From IMG/VR virus record IMGVR_UViG_2841817361_000001, positions 1 to 64,000 of that record: a stretch of 64,000 nt of DNA; one strand, given 5' to 3'. The translations under genes and the position numbers were made by a program. The stretch is from a virus (taxonomy: Duplodnaviria > Caudoviricetes). Shown in pieces: positions 33,001 to 41,500 of this stretch. Every line of letters begins with the position of its first letter. Positions within the stretch are counted from its first letter, which is position 1. The notes beneath the pieces were generated by a model. It searched no databases. It had not been told where the DNA came from and worked only from the letters and a program-made list of their open reading frames with translations.

Positions 33001-34442
33001 TTAGAAAATGCATTCCAAATATTCTTTCTATTTCTCTGTCCATTTGTATTATTTCTAATACTCTGATCTGTTCTAGTGTACAACTGGCCTTCTTCACTAT
33101 CTAAAAATTCCCCAAATAGTTTTTTAAGATCATAGTTCTTTTCAACTTCTAAATAGAATTTATTCTCTGCAACATCATCTGGCATGATTTCATTATCTGA
33201 ACCAAATCTATTACTAAAGTCATCAAAGGCGGTTTGCTTTTGATTATCCATCATCGAAGACAATACACTTTGAGCTTTATCTAAATAAAATTCATCTGGC
33301 TTATTATAACGTCTACTTACCATATCATAAACTTGTTGGTAAGTTGCATTTGGATAAGATCCTAATTCTTGTTGTGTTTCAAGCGTAATTTGAAGTTCTT
33401 TTCTTCCTTCTGGTGTTTGAAGATAATTTGATCTATCTTCTTCTGTTACCAGATATCCGTATTTATCAAATAGTGAATTTGTGTATTTTTCAAGATCAGT
33501 TAATTCCGGTTTATCAGGTGATAACTTTTGTTTAGCAGCTTCATAGTTATTTCCTTCAACATATTTTTCAGATTCTTTAGTGAAATATTCTGCACCATTA
33601 TTAGTTATTTCAAAAGCAGGCAAACCATTTTCTAAAGTAGCTCTAGTACCATCTTTGAGATATGAGGGTTTTATGTATCCTTCCGATTCTAGATCTTTTG
33701 CATATGATTCTGGATCATTAATATTAGCTCCCGTAAAATCCTGATAAGAATAATCTAAAAGTTCTCCAGGTTTATATTGTCTTGGAGATAAATAACTTTT
33801 TGGTAATTGAGTAAAATCTACCTTTGATTCATCAGGCAAATAAATATTTGGAACCGTAACACCACTATTAAAAGTAGTTGTATTATTACTTGGATTATCA
33901 TTTGGGAAACTAATTGTACCTACTTTATTTATAGCATTACCATTTTCATCCAAAAGAAGATTGTCCATATTACCTTTATAGGCTAATGGATTCTGGGTAT
34001 TTATAGGTAAATTAGTTGTAAACGGAGTGCCATTATTTCCAGACGTTAAAGCTAATTCTGAATTTGAATTTACCAAGTTGGAAACTCCATTCTGTTGATC
34101 TAATTGATTCTGATTTAGGTCTAACTGTGAATCTATTGGAGCACTTAATGTTTCTTGTTGTGTATTTTGCCCTATTGAAATAGGATTTATATTTTCTCCG
34201 TTGTTGGATGTTGATAAGCCTTGTGAGCTTAATAATCCTGGATTTGTATCTTCTTTTTTTTTTAATGATCCATCTGAATTAATTACTCCAAACACATAAT
34301 TCATAAAGTCAACATCGCCTAATTGATTTTTAGCATCAATAAATTCATTGTAAGTAACATTATTTCCAGCAGCATTATAAAGGTTGAAAAGTTCTTGTAA
34401 ATCCTTATCCATTGTATTATTAATATAATACCAAGATAACAT
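24069..34442 (-). CDS. Giant polyvalent (probably virion-ejected) protein with three zincin HExxH domains and an LPD38-like C-terminus
   Basis: 3457 aa; HETVH, HEFSH and HELAH; C-terminal NP.FF..N..RD, DFNQGG and IPYLNAATQG motifs. Confidence 0.75.
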   Translation of the reverse strand: MLSWYYINNTMDKDLQELFNLYNAAGNNVTYNEFIDAKNQLGDVDFMNYVFGVINSDGSLKKKEDTNPGLLSSQGLSTSNNGENINPISIGQNTQQETLSAPIDSQLDLNQNQLDQQNGVSNLVNSNSELALTSGNNGTPFTTNLPINTQNPLAYKGNMDNLLLDENGNAINKVGTISFPNDNPSNNTTTFNSGVTVPNIYLPDESKVDFTQLPKSYLSPRQYKPGELLDYSYQDFTGANINDPESYAKDLESEGYIKPSYLKDGTRATLENGLPAFEITNNGAEYFTKESEKYVEGNNYEAAKQKLSPDKPELTDLEKYTNSLFDKYGYLVTEEDRSNYLQTPEGRKELQITLETQQELGSYPNATYQQVYDMVSRRYNKPDEFYLDKAQSVLSSMMDNQKQTAFDDFSNRFGSDNEIMPDDVAENKFYLEVEKNYDLKKLFGEFLDSEEGQLYTRTDQSIRNNTNGQRNRKNIWNAFSNWTNQKELLDIEAKQNNISNLKYNVQSAAETGDFNLVNQYVNQINTVQNSIQNNIKNVQQNDSITSDVNKIFTRVNKEDSEAQDFQARVLSGDGIARTQNILGQVVLGLGQSAMDASSGILRILTTPFSQDVKDSVDQLNEPLKLGNIEISPLRTNVTKYSDNSGRVFEERNGKLFQIENGIYKPVSNISGLKETGKDSEYNPSGMAFLTGKMAGDILITNEVGGLINNTITNNAISLASKTTQAFGAESEIAKQARNFARYAQSANSVENKSVSGWFVQMYNDSYKSAEDSGISSTAGKTVYATVNSFIQSLIQRINPDSKFLSGFNNEYKQLLSSLSTSNGERILANAKSLFSKIGDNVVGETKEELIQQVVGDMTNYVTNIISGSDFKLTDGEGYKDVVIGTIAPSAIASLMGGSGSRNIKLGNNEINLSNYNRSQLLTELSRFDGADNMLNVMSNDSSFDSYSNTLDEVKNEVLTRKKYLNKIPDSQNYSTDSLDNAIKVLQQLETKRTDLNQADAAFKPRIESEISSLESQVEQILNETPNNESTTSPEQTPEGTQGQEKTNTESSQDSFTRPEPTGSNSSPSYLIKDKSLIEKLQKAGVEEKVIQALPENFRINEKWLMGDKGESILSRVMKSALVAGQNYSVVERDNNDQILNYDTGRVDINKLAKFFGKDVLYHETVHAATVLTMEDMRINPQNYTEEEMAAHDNLYSEIKKLNQLKKSGNKVNPKGTSLYGLSNQYEFVAEFMSNNKFREWVGTISNESSNTESNNLLQKIWNNIKSMLGLNTNKPNIDSEYLNNIQNNIDLILNKQRETNEKQGNQQNDIRQNTQQPEQQSSFNENTSVESTNSPIETIRQNENAQTSNVSEEVNFDDLLSRVNKIFNDQTRSSTNSNERVQSAPDINQEQQTSKSETVQANELPGSTNQVEVNPNDLRSQETSVSNELNPNQTRLSENVIATTKEIRLPDGDNGFRVTVTDNNGNLIEDRNGDSEFDFSDQSEVDKFINQKQRGFSLSKQPKIKTDVPVTESTASTNYVGKRVSFNQFGDTRSGVVESENKGRLTIKGDDGKTYFTGSPLVQNLKDESGNPIQLQRSSENFIPISQEAFDSLIEKLKKPFSKAFKNLSITTDWNEFLNKSKSLGLNINFDAKFLINDNARKEKQLELINKKNPAPNDYNTWIRTTNDILTADEAFKEAFQDGEMYPDFTVEDMQNVLDSGEVTVYSSYPIKEGIFVTPSRMNAESYSGEGKVYSKKVNASDLAWIDQGEGQYAPVKFMRNNNGTIYGAKLPDGTIYINPEYLNANTPIHEFSHLWEQLMPSRFKKGVELLKQTKTGKEIFNRLKSEGNYNNLSDNELWNEALNTHIGNYGEWQYQERQARGKMAEFVQWFKAFFNKIGEVLGIGNLNPNISLNNFSNKVLGDISGNKSLTPESNYSSSAGTNFSIRNDNTNKLKIKDDVELSNFFGDNTTSIDELIAKGYKVSDDIANLARKFGTKIYIINDNLFDKSKSQINNYVNDLMKDYQILIDNGTYEESYIRQELLDNITKSLVENGEGEANGNSIYLQEWVNDSNNTPKTKVLQHELAHVFTSYYLADKIDSSQLNEQELTFRNEARSAYEEALKNPNKTNAYGYSNTYEFIAEYIANDNFKSEVDSYLDTLNNPEPKSLLTRIVDYIKGLFGVKNNTELKQEFQLQKSIDDHINRLKDADDSINLQAYSGVRFMIKKLMPVSTIQEVLNETETNGIEAGLAKFKESAFYKSLSDKQKALIDSEGITKLMQEQVILHREDQINKKKTSVEKAKEQTSKKEKEIAFNKIEKIHENYKNKIEELRKSNKSYREKVAERKRQAKEAYDNTVIFLNQNMISGKITPTEVSRLLKAATGILSTRNSISNFNKFTELFNKINTKAEERNKTQIERTTDKYNEVSQNVEQQFNSGKSLQEIKDSFNSIDEQRMAESTYNRLANKTISPEEARKKLDDSYKSSKEVLTKRFKDENGNVLLRNEKINAWRKKKFESFMTKSADRQFIPKRILENIGASPVVDRMIAYSGTSTKAKEEFKKVDEKVYEGLNVSELELLDKIISAKRFIAIDKNREEKGLPVVDHPGYQDASTAQKALDAYKSEIGEDTFSKLAKRANTYFDAFKSLLSDMRESGLISNEVYEELKDVDYQPRKFLRYILDADGELMSSDRTMFRNENGNLSKEQIIGLSEGDASDMLMDSKWLIQSALTSRYKAIGMNEVNRTFFTKYYPDAKAKFESINPDNIPEGDKKFFKYFKQLQSNIKENRIIGFTESGKPKYESTTPEGYKIAYYYENGVRHQVFMKEEFHKMWHDTMDKLINSKTANIIGWVSGSKIIKSFATGNNPFFFITNTPRDFGHALLFSEEYNSFLLTSAAKLTKDSIKAIGEIYKHNNTDKDNLLSKYIQYGGGMEWLNQQGEIKDLTSLTNTISYFIGKQISHKIKSILETIFSVARLKFMANYSETMFRVAVFDRSLQNQLKEYNKLNNTTYKSVEELSKEVKDNMYYRAVSSSRGLLDFNQGGTFTKAGEAAIPYLNAATQGTRVALQTINKRPIATTVRLLQAGAGSVAFMASLAQLLIAAFRPPEKDKETVEKSYIDFLDGISPSQKQNYWNIPIGWSKESKQWKVLKVAKTEFLTPLTTAMEGLYEDYLRGKNGYKKRGTDKILDNTIHAFSEKVDPLHFTSVLKNPTSIQGYGNALKEIRSTVPLDKAIFQNSTGYDFFREQPLSFDIGKVPRTYEGESMKNVEEFYKKLGKTLDGSPVRMKAFVESFVTSPSTNPLVGILYGGADAIATDVSAKEKVKNVYEQAIKRLINETTDFNVQLNKKALIEDELKQNEIQIAKIKSSAKNIYDKYGSKELIMKNINNIKIEIAKETKDPEERKMMAKRIKSLMDKEGIEPMVFDVKYGANNNKNKAILIYSYLEGMTPEQQTKFKLQLKTQKVLTKNVKAEYIKYKNEVEGN

Positions 34443-34521
34443 CCAGATATACTTTTGGTGGTATTGCTACAATAAAAAAGCTCCAATTAAGGAGCTGTTA
34501 TTTATTACTATTTTTATAAGA

Positions 34522-34851
34522 CTAAATATTATTATTTGAGTTCGTTAATATTTTACCCAATTCAATAATATTATTATGCATTGTTAACTTTAATAAATTA
34601 TCATCTTTTATTATAATTTTATTTTTTGTGATATGTTTATCTATATAATTGGATATTTTACCAGTTAATCTTATAAGTTCTTTAAATAATTTATCAAATT
34701 CATCTTTATGATATTTATTCAAGTTTAAATCATTTTCAATAGTTTCAGAAATGACTATAAATTTATGAATAAATATATTTAATTCCTTATTTATTTCTTG
34801 ATATTTAAAACTATCAAACTGATGGTTAGATTCTATAGTATTATTATTCAT
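34522..34851 (-). CDS. Hypothetical protein coupled to HEPN copy B
   Basis: Very AT-rich ORF overlapping the HEPN stop codon. Confidence 0.45.
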   Translation of the reverse strand: MNNNTIESNHQFDSFKYQEINKELNIFIHKFIVISETIENDLNLNKYHKDEFDKLFKELIRLTGKISNYIDKHITKNKIIIKDDNLLKLTMHNNIIELGKILTNSNNNI

Positions 34852-35224
34852 AACAGCATTCTTTTATATTTGATAAATATCTTAGTGCTTGATTAGCCTC
34901 TGCTTCTGTAATATTATAATCTTCATACCTTGAGAATCTTGACTTATCTTCTAACCATTTATATTTACTCAAAATTGATGGAAATTTTTGTCCTACAAGT
35001 CTTCTTCTTGCTGTATGCCTAGAAATTATGCTTTGAGCATTCATATAATCTCTTAATGAATTACAAGTTTTATCAAGAAACGTAATTGGAAAGGCTTTAT
35101 CCTCTATATAATGAATAACTGAATAAAATGATATAGTAATTGACCAATCAAAATATATCCCTTCATCCTTTAATTTATTTGATAAAATTTCATTCCTATC
35201 CCCATGAGGTTTACCACAAGACAT
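34844..35224 (-). CDS. HEPN-like protein (copy B)
   Basis: DWSITISFYSVIH ... SRH ... SRY; paralog of 23641-24018. Confidence 0.65.
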   Translation of the reverse strand: MSCGKPHGDRNEILSNKLKDEGIYFDWSITISFYSVIHYIEDKAFPITFLDKTCNSLRDYMNAQSIISRHTARRRLVGQKFPSILSKYKWLEDKSRFSRYEDYNITEAEANQALRYLSNIKECCYE

Positions 35225-35238
35225 AATAAAGATAAGAA

Positions 35239-35733
35239 TTATTTAATTTCATGTATGAATACATAACCATCAGAATAGATTTTATCAATCTTAATATTAT
35301 CAATGCCAATGAAACCTATTTCAAATAAATTGTCATATAAATCATTAAAATTATTTTCAAGCATAGTTGCTTCTGAATAAGCTATATCCACAAAATCATC
35401 ATTTAATAATAATGAATTATCAACACCTATAATTGACTTAAATTGTATTGGATTAATGAAAAACTTATGAACTTTATAATTCATTTTCATCAATTTATTA
35501 ACCAAGTTTTGGGTAAACAAAAAAGTATTAACACTTTGATTTTTAAACTCTTCTGTGAATGTTTTTATAAACTCTTCTTTTCCATGTTTCTCACCAGCAA
35601 CAAAAGCTTCCGTTACAACATCAATATGGAAGTAATTATCCTTAGGTTTAATATGTTTTAATTCATCATTAACTGTTGATAAAAATAAATCAACTGCTGA
35701 AGAACCGTATCTAACTTCTTTTATACTTGACAT
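35239..35733 (-). CDS. Unknown protein, partner of HEPN gene (copy B)
   Basis: Paralog of 23175-23639. Confidence 0.7.
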   Translation of the reverse strand: MSSIKEVRYGSSAVDLFLSTVNDELKHIKPKDNYFHIDVVTEAFVAGEKHGKEEFIKTFTEEFKNQSVNTFLFTQNLVNKLMKMNYKVHKFFINPIQFKSIIGVDNSLLLNDDFVDIAYSEATMLENNFNDLYDNLFEIGFIGIDNIKIDKIYSDGYVFIHEIK

Positions 35734-35774
35734 GATACTTGGTTGATTTGAATTGTTTTGTTGTTTTTAGGAAA

Positions 35775-35782
35775 CAAAGTTA
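35775..35782 (-). promoter_or_regulatory. Bacteroidota -7 promoter element (TAACTTTG)
   Basis: TAnnTTTG on the minus strand about 40 nt upstream of 35733. Confidence 0.55.
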
Positions 35783-35889
35783 AACAAATTTCGTTCCGAA
35801 ACAATAAACACACCAACATTTTGAGTTTCATTTTGTTTTTATATTTTGAAAATCAAATATAATTCAATACAACGACAAAACTTGACGCA

Positions 35890-37401
35890 TTAAAATATAT
35901 CTGCATCATCCCCTAGATCTTTAGATTTAAATGATATTTTAGTATTCTTATATATTGAATTGTTTTTATTTATACTAGTTGGTTGTTTAATTAATTCTCT
36001 ATCTGAATTTGTTAATGTAGCCTTAACAGAAATTGGATTGTAACCCAGCCCCCTAACATAATTATTAAATTCAGTTTCAGATATCCTACTATAAACAGAT
36101 TTGCCATCATCGGACGGAGCACCTAAATACCAAGCATTTACTTGATTCCCTTTTTTATTAACATATGTCGATAATCCAAATGTATTATTACTAGCTGGCA
36201 TACCTTTTACCTTTGGGAGAGTGGTCGTACTCATATTTTGTCTTCTTGTACCAATTACATTACCATCATTATCTTGTACTTGAACTATACTACTGGTATT
36301 TGATGGCATAATACTAACATTAGCTCCTGAGCTACCATTACCTCCTCCTCTACTACCACCATTTGCTAACCTCATTATTCTTTCTTGAATCTGAAGCCCT
36401 GCGTTTACTAATCTCTGATTATCTATTGCTAATTGTGTATCAGTTTTTGTTCTTTTTACACTTTCTAATTCTTTAGCACCAGATTCCATTATATCTACCC
36501 CAATTTTTATTGCTTTGTCTAAATCTTCTGAATTAGCAATATCACGTTTATAAGTTCTAAAAAATAATTGGTTATAGTTTTTTGGAATTGCATTAATATT
36601 AAAATCTTCTGATGATGAATAACCTATAGATGATTTTAAATAATTTATAGCTCTATCTTTATCAAACGCTATAGTTTCATATGATGTTATTCCATCAGAA
36701 TTTCTTTTTTCTTGAGTAATTATAGATTTTCCAGCTTTATTTAAACTTGTAATTAATCCCTTATCACCATCTAATAAATTGTTTTCTAATCCAGATGTCA
36801 ATAAATTCTTAGCTTCACTAAGTTTCATTATTACAGCTTGATCTCCCATTTTTGAATCTGGTGATCCTGCAAACGCAACTGCTATATCTCCATCCTTATC
36901 TCTAATCAATTGAACATTTGATGTTGCCAAAGATTGCATTAAACCAACTCTATTATCTCCTTCAAAATAATCTCCACTATTAAGCCTTTCAACATTCTTT
37001 CTAAAAGCTTCCTGGTCTTCTTTAGAAGTCATAAATGTTCCTAACATCTTAACATCATTACTAAACTTTTGAGCCTTTTGTAATTCTGCTACTCTTTGTT
37101 CATATGGTATTGAATAATCTAAGGCTCTTGATTTAGCAGTAGAAACCATATCTATCCCTTGTCCAACAAAATCATTATAAGCATTCTGAAATGGTGCAAC
37201 TGTCTGTAAAGGATCTAACTTAATATCCTTATACATATCATATAGGTTCTTGCCTTGCTCTTGTTGCATCTTTAGTTTTGCAGCTTTCTGAGCCTCACCT
37301 CTTTGAATCATATAATTAATAGATTGAGAAACTAAATCCCCAACTTTTAATTCTGTTGGCCTTAAAGGCTGATAAGCAATAAATGTTCCTTGTCCTGCCA
37401 T
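35890..37401 (-). CDS. Putative internal virion (ejection) protein
   Basis: Lies between the tail nozzle/GNAT genes and the giant protein; helical, Gly-rich linker. Confidence 0.5.
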   Translation of the reverse strand: MAGQGTFIAYQPLRPTELKVGDLVSQSINYMIQRGEAQKAAKLKMQQEQGKNLYDMYKDIKLDPLQTVAPFQNAYNDFVGQGIDMVSTAKSRALDYSIPYEQRVAELQKAQKFSNDVKMLGTFMTSKEDQEAFRKNVERLNSGDYFEGDNRVGLMQSLATSNVQLIRDKDGDIAVAFAGSPDSKMGDQAVIMKLSEAKNLLTSGLENNLLDGDKGLITSLNKAGKSIITQEKRNSDGITSYETIAFDKDRAINYLKSSIGYSSSEDFNINAIPKNYNQLFFRTYKRDIANSEDLDKAIKIGVDIMESGAKELESVKRTKTDTQLAIDNQRLVNAGLQIQERIMRLANGGSRGGGNGSSGANVSIMPSNTSSIVQVQDNDGNVIGTRRQNMSTTTLPKVKGMPASNNTFGLSTYVNKKGNQVNAWYLGAPSDDGKSVYSRISETEFNNYVRGLGYNPISVKATLTNSDRELIKQPTSINKNNSIYKNTKISFKSKDLGDDADIF

Positions 37402-37405
37402 TTAT

Positions 37406-38173
37406 TTATAATATCTGTGGAGTATTAAACTTTACTTTTTGCCTTAATGCATTGTAGTCTATAGGCTGCATAGGGTTGAAATAAAATCCATTATTAAATA
37501 TTGGAGAGTTAAACAATGAATTATTATTTAATGAACTTGTCATATTTGACTGTATTTCTGGTGTTATAGCTGGAGTAATGGTAGGCGTTTGTATACCAAT
37601 TTGATGCCCTGATATAGGAGTTAAACTTGGTGATGAATTATTACCAGAGTCACCACTAAACACTCCACTTGCTGCTGCATTAGCAAGTCCTAATCCTGAT
37701 TGAACCATAGTATTAATACCACTAGTTCTTTCCTGTCTTGCATTATTTAGCTCATTACCTAATCCTAATAAATCATCGCGTTCACGCTGTTCTTGCATCT
37801 GTTGAACCATAGCGTTCCCTTGAGCTTTCATATTCTGGTTTTGGATATATTGCTGATCAAGATTGGCTGCTATTTGTTGTTCTGCTGCAACTTGTTGTGC
37901 CATTAAATTTGGTAATCCTCCAACTAATCCTCTACTTCCACCCATTGAAAGAAAATTAGCATTTGTTGCCATTGACCTTGCTAAATCTTCTCGCTGAAGA
38001 TCTGCACCCATTGTTGAAACCTGTAATGTATTAAATTGATTTTGTAATGTTTGTCTTTGGTAATTATCTATTTGTTCCCGGATTCTTTTAGCCTGTCTGC
38101 CCGCTCCAATACTTTGTGCTAATCCGGAACCTATTCCTACTACCCCTCCGACTACGGCTGCTGCTGCTGGCAT
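37406..38173 (-). CDS. Putative internal virion / pilot protein
   Basis: Ala/Gly-rich hydrophobic N-terminus and Gln-rich coiled coil. Confidence 0.6.
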   Translation of the reverse strand: MPAAAAVVGGVVGIGSGLAQSIGAGRQAKRIREQIDNYQRQTLQNQFNTLQVSTMGADLQREDLARSMATNANFLSMGGSRGLVGGLPNLMAQQVAAEQQIAANLDQQYIQNQNMKAQGNAMVQQMQEQRERDDLLGLGNELNNARQERTSGINTMVQSGLGLANAAASGVFSGDSGNNSSPSLTPISGHQIGIQTPTITPAITPEIQSNMTSSLNNNSLFNSPIFNNGFYFNPMQPIDYNALRQKVKFNTPQIL

Positions 38174-38176
38174 ATG

Positions 38177-38581
38177 TTATATGAATTTGGTTATTAGTTC
38201 TGATACTTTATCTGAGGTTTCGGTATATCCTAAATTCTTGAAATCATTTATCAATAACTTATTATCAGTCCATGTAATAACATGGGTAAAACCTAATCCT
38301 CTACTATACGAAGATAAATCAGCAATGAATTTTTCTCTTGTTTGCTTAGGTAACTTATTCTTATAATTTGGATTCCGGGTAATAAAACCTATCATCGCCA
38401 TTTTAGAATTACTACACCATACAAATCCCATATATATTCCTTCTTTTGTAAACGCATGTTGAAGTACTAAGCCAGTATCAGGATACATACCTTCATCTAA
38501 CTTATTTAGTTTCCACTGTTCTAACCAATTATTTACAACCGGAATATCAACAGATTCAATTTCTCTTAGTTCTAATTCCAT
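38177..38581 (-). CDS. GNAT-like protein
   Basis: 134 aa; LREI...; GFTHV...LGY; sits where podoviruses usually carry one, between nozzle and ejection genes. Confidence 0.5.
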   Translation of the reverse strand: MELELREIESVDIPVVNNWLEQWKLNKLDEGMYPDTGLVLQHAFTKEGIYMGFVWCSNSKMAMIGFITRNPNYKNKLPKQTREKFIADLSSYSRGLGFTHVITWTDNKLLINDFKNLGYTETSDKVSELITKFI

Positions 38582-41500
38582 TATAAATATGATTTTTTGA
38601 CTTCAGTAGTTGTTGATGCTATATAAACATATTCATTAGAAGTTTTTGAAAGTTCAACTTCTAACCATTTTCCTCTCATAGGACTTCCATTAGGATTATA
38701 TTCCAAAGTTCTTTGTGGGGTTGTAAACGCAAATTGCCCAATAATAAATCCAGTATTATTTGATACTGTTATAGTATTGCCATTTATATTTGTTATTGCC
38801 GAACTTATATTGCCTTCTATATTTAAATCATCACCAACATTAATCCCATCGGGCATATAATTAAAAGTAACTTCATTACCATTTACATGTGATATTTCTC
38901 CAACTCCTTTTGCGTTATTGATGCCAATTGTATCTCGGTATATTTCAGTGTAATAAAAGCTTTCTTTGTATTTATAATTCGATTCAGGTACAGTGGATTC
39001 AGTAAGATTTGTTTTAAATGAAGTATTCCACGGAACATTAGATTGTAATGAATGTGCTTGATAAATAATATCTGTATTCATTTCAATATTTACATAGTAT
39101 TTTAATTTACCAGTTTTAGTTCCCTGGTTTGCGAATATACTGTAGTCATTACCTTTTTCAGCTTCATATAAAACACCTTTATAAGATTGGAATAACTTAC
39201 CATTTGTTCCATGTAAATAATCGAAATTATAAGTCATAATATGACTAAAACCTTTATAATTCTGATTAAAACTATAAGTTAATTTGTTATCAAAACCTAA
39301 AACATATTCATCATGAGCCTCATCATAAGTACCAATGAATGTTGAGCTTGATTTTAATAAATCTATAGTTTCTTTAAACACTCCACAATTCTGTCCGTTC
39401 ACTTCAACTATTTGATTCCCGGATAATGCTAAAATTCTGGTTTTATTTTTATCTGTAAAATATAAAATATTACTATTAACTGCTATTGATTCAGGATTAT
39501 AAGAAATTCCATAATCATAATCTAATTCAATTATATCTCCAAGTACATCATTTGTTGTAGCCAAACTTTCATTTCCACGTAGATCAAGAATAACAGATTT
39601 ACCAAATAATACTCTAAATATTTTATTCGGATTGAATACAACTAAATCTGAATCAGTAGAAATAATTCTCTGTCCTTCTCCATATTTTATGGGTAAAGTT
39701 TTCCAATTGGCTAATGTTGAATTGAAAACTGGTAAATTATTTATTCCTAATTCATAATTGAAAATTCCTCCATATGAAATATCATTTTTCCGGTGGATTT
39801 CTTTATAACCTCTTAACAATACTGAATTTGGATGAAAACTATTTTCTAGTTTTTTTCCATTGAATTGATCTTTAATTTTATAAGATTCTATTCCATTACC
39901 CCAACAATAACCATTATAAAATTCAATATCAAATGTTGGCATTCCTGCTTCTATTCTATCAGGAATAATATTACCGTCTTCAACTTTATAAGTTTTGTAA
40001 GTTGGATAATATATATTGTTTAATTCTTCTTTATTTTTAGTTCTAAAGCTAATAGGGATAATACCTCTTTGTAGCTTCACTTCAGATCTAACTTTAACTT
40101 CTGCATATTCAGGGGGAACTGCTGTCGAATTTACAGCCCAATTATACATTCTTGGGATCTGTTCTTTTACATAATCCGGAAATAAACTATTTGTAAATAA
40201 TGAGACCTCATTTAATGTATTATTACCATAAACAGTTAAATATGGACTCTTTAAGTTATCTATAAGTAACTCATAAATGCTTGGATATTCTTTCGTTGCA
40301 AATATTTGTTCTGATACATTTATAGAACCATATTCATCACCAGTTCTACCATAATGAAAGTTAATACTAAAACTAAATAGGTCACCTTCTTTAATTACTC
40401 CATAATCACTTTTTAAAAAGTCGGCTCTGTTATTTGTGGAATTATAAATTATACTTCCTATTTGTCCCGAATAAAAGCTAGTAGCATCATATCGTTTAGG
40501 ATTTGTACTTTGTTGCACTGCATCTATTGTCCTCCAACCACTTTCACTTATAATAGGAATGTCTTCTCCATTCTTAGTAATGGTAAAACTATCATCAACT
40601 TCAATAACAGCATATACTCCATCTCTAATAACCCCATCTTTTATACCATATTGTTGAACTTCTGAAACCTTATATTCTTTGTAAACGGAACTGTCTGTAC
40701 GAATAATAACATCATCTTTTCTGATTCTGTTAATATTATCACCTGTAATACTTAGAAAAATTTTATTCCCTACTTTCCGTGCATAAGTAATATAAATGTT
40801 TTCATAGTTTAGCTTTTGAGATAAAACTGCGAACTTTGCTTTCGTTGCCCAACTAGGAGCATCAGAAACCATTTTTACAAATAAACTATTTATGGTATTC
40901 TTATCTTCAAAACCTATTGTAGCTTCAGATACATTTTCGTTTTGTGGAAGTAATATTGAGGTTCTTTCATTGTAATCATTATAGAAAATAACTCCAATTT
41001 TATACTTAAATAACGAAACAACGGTATTGTTTTTAATACTTGATGAATATGGAGTATTTTTAACTCCTACATAAAAATAAACATCAATATCATCACCATT
41101 AATACCTTTTAAATCTCTGTCTTCTTTGTAATTGTAATATACTAATCTGTTTCCAACTAATTCCTGAGATTTAGGAAATCTTGGCATATTTGAATATAAA
41201 TATTTAGTCTCTTCATCAGTCAAAACTTCATAGTTAGAAGAATAACTATAATCAACGAATATTTCTGAATCATCATTAATACTAGCTTTTTTCTTATTAA
41301 CATTGTAAATTCTATAAGCTGTATTACTTAATTGTTCCCTGGCATAAACTTCTACATCAGTAACATTATGACCTCCTGAATTAATGGATAACTGAAGCTT
41401 ATTAAATTTGTTAACCATAGCTTTATTTAGCCTATCTTCATCAACTTCAAAAGCACCATCAGTTTCAAATGAGCAATCAGAATAAAAAGATAATGGTGTA

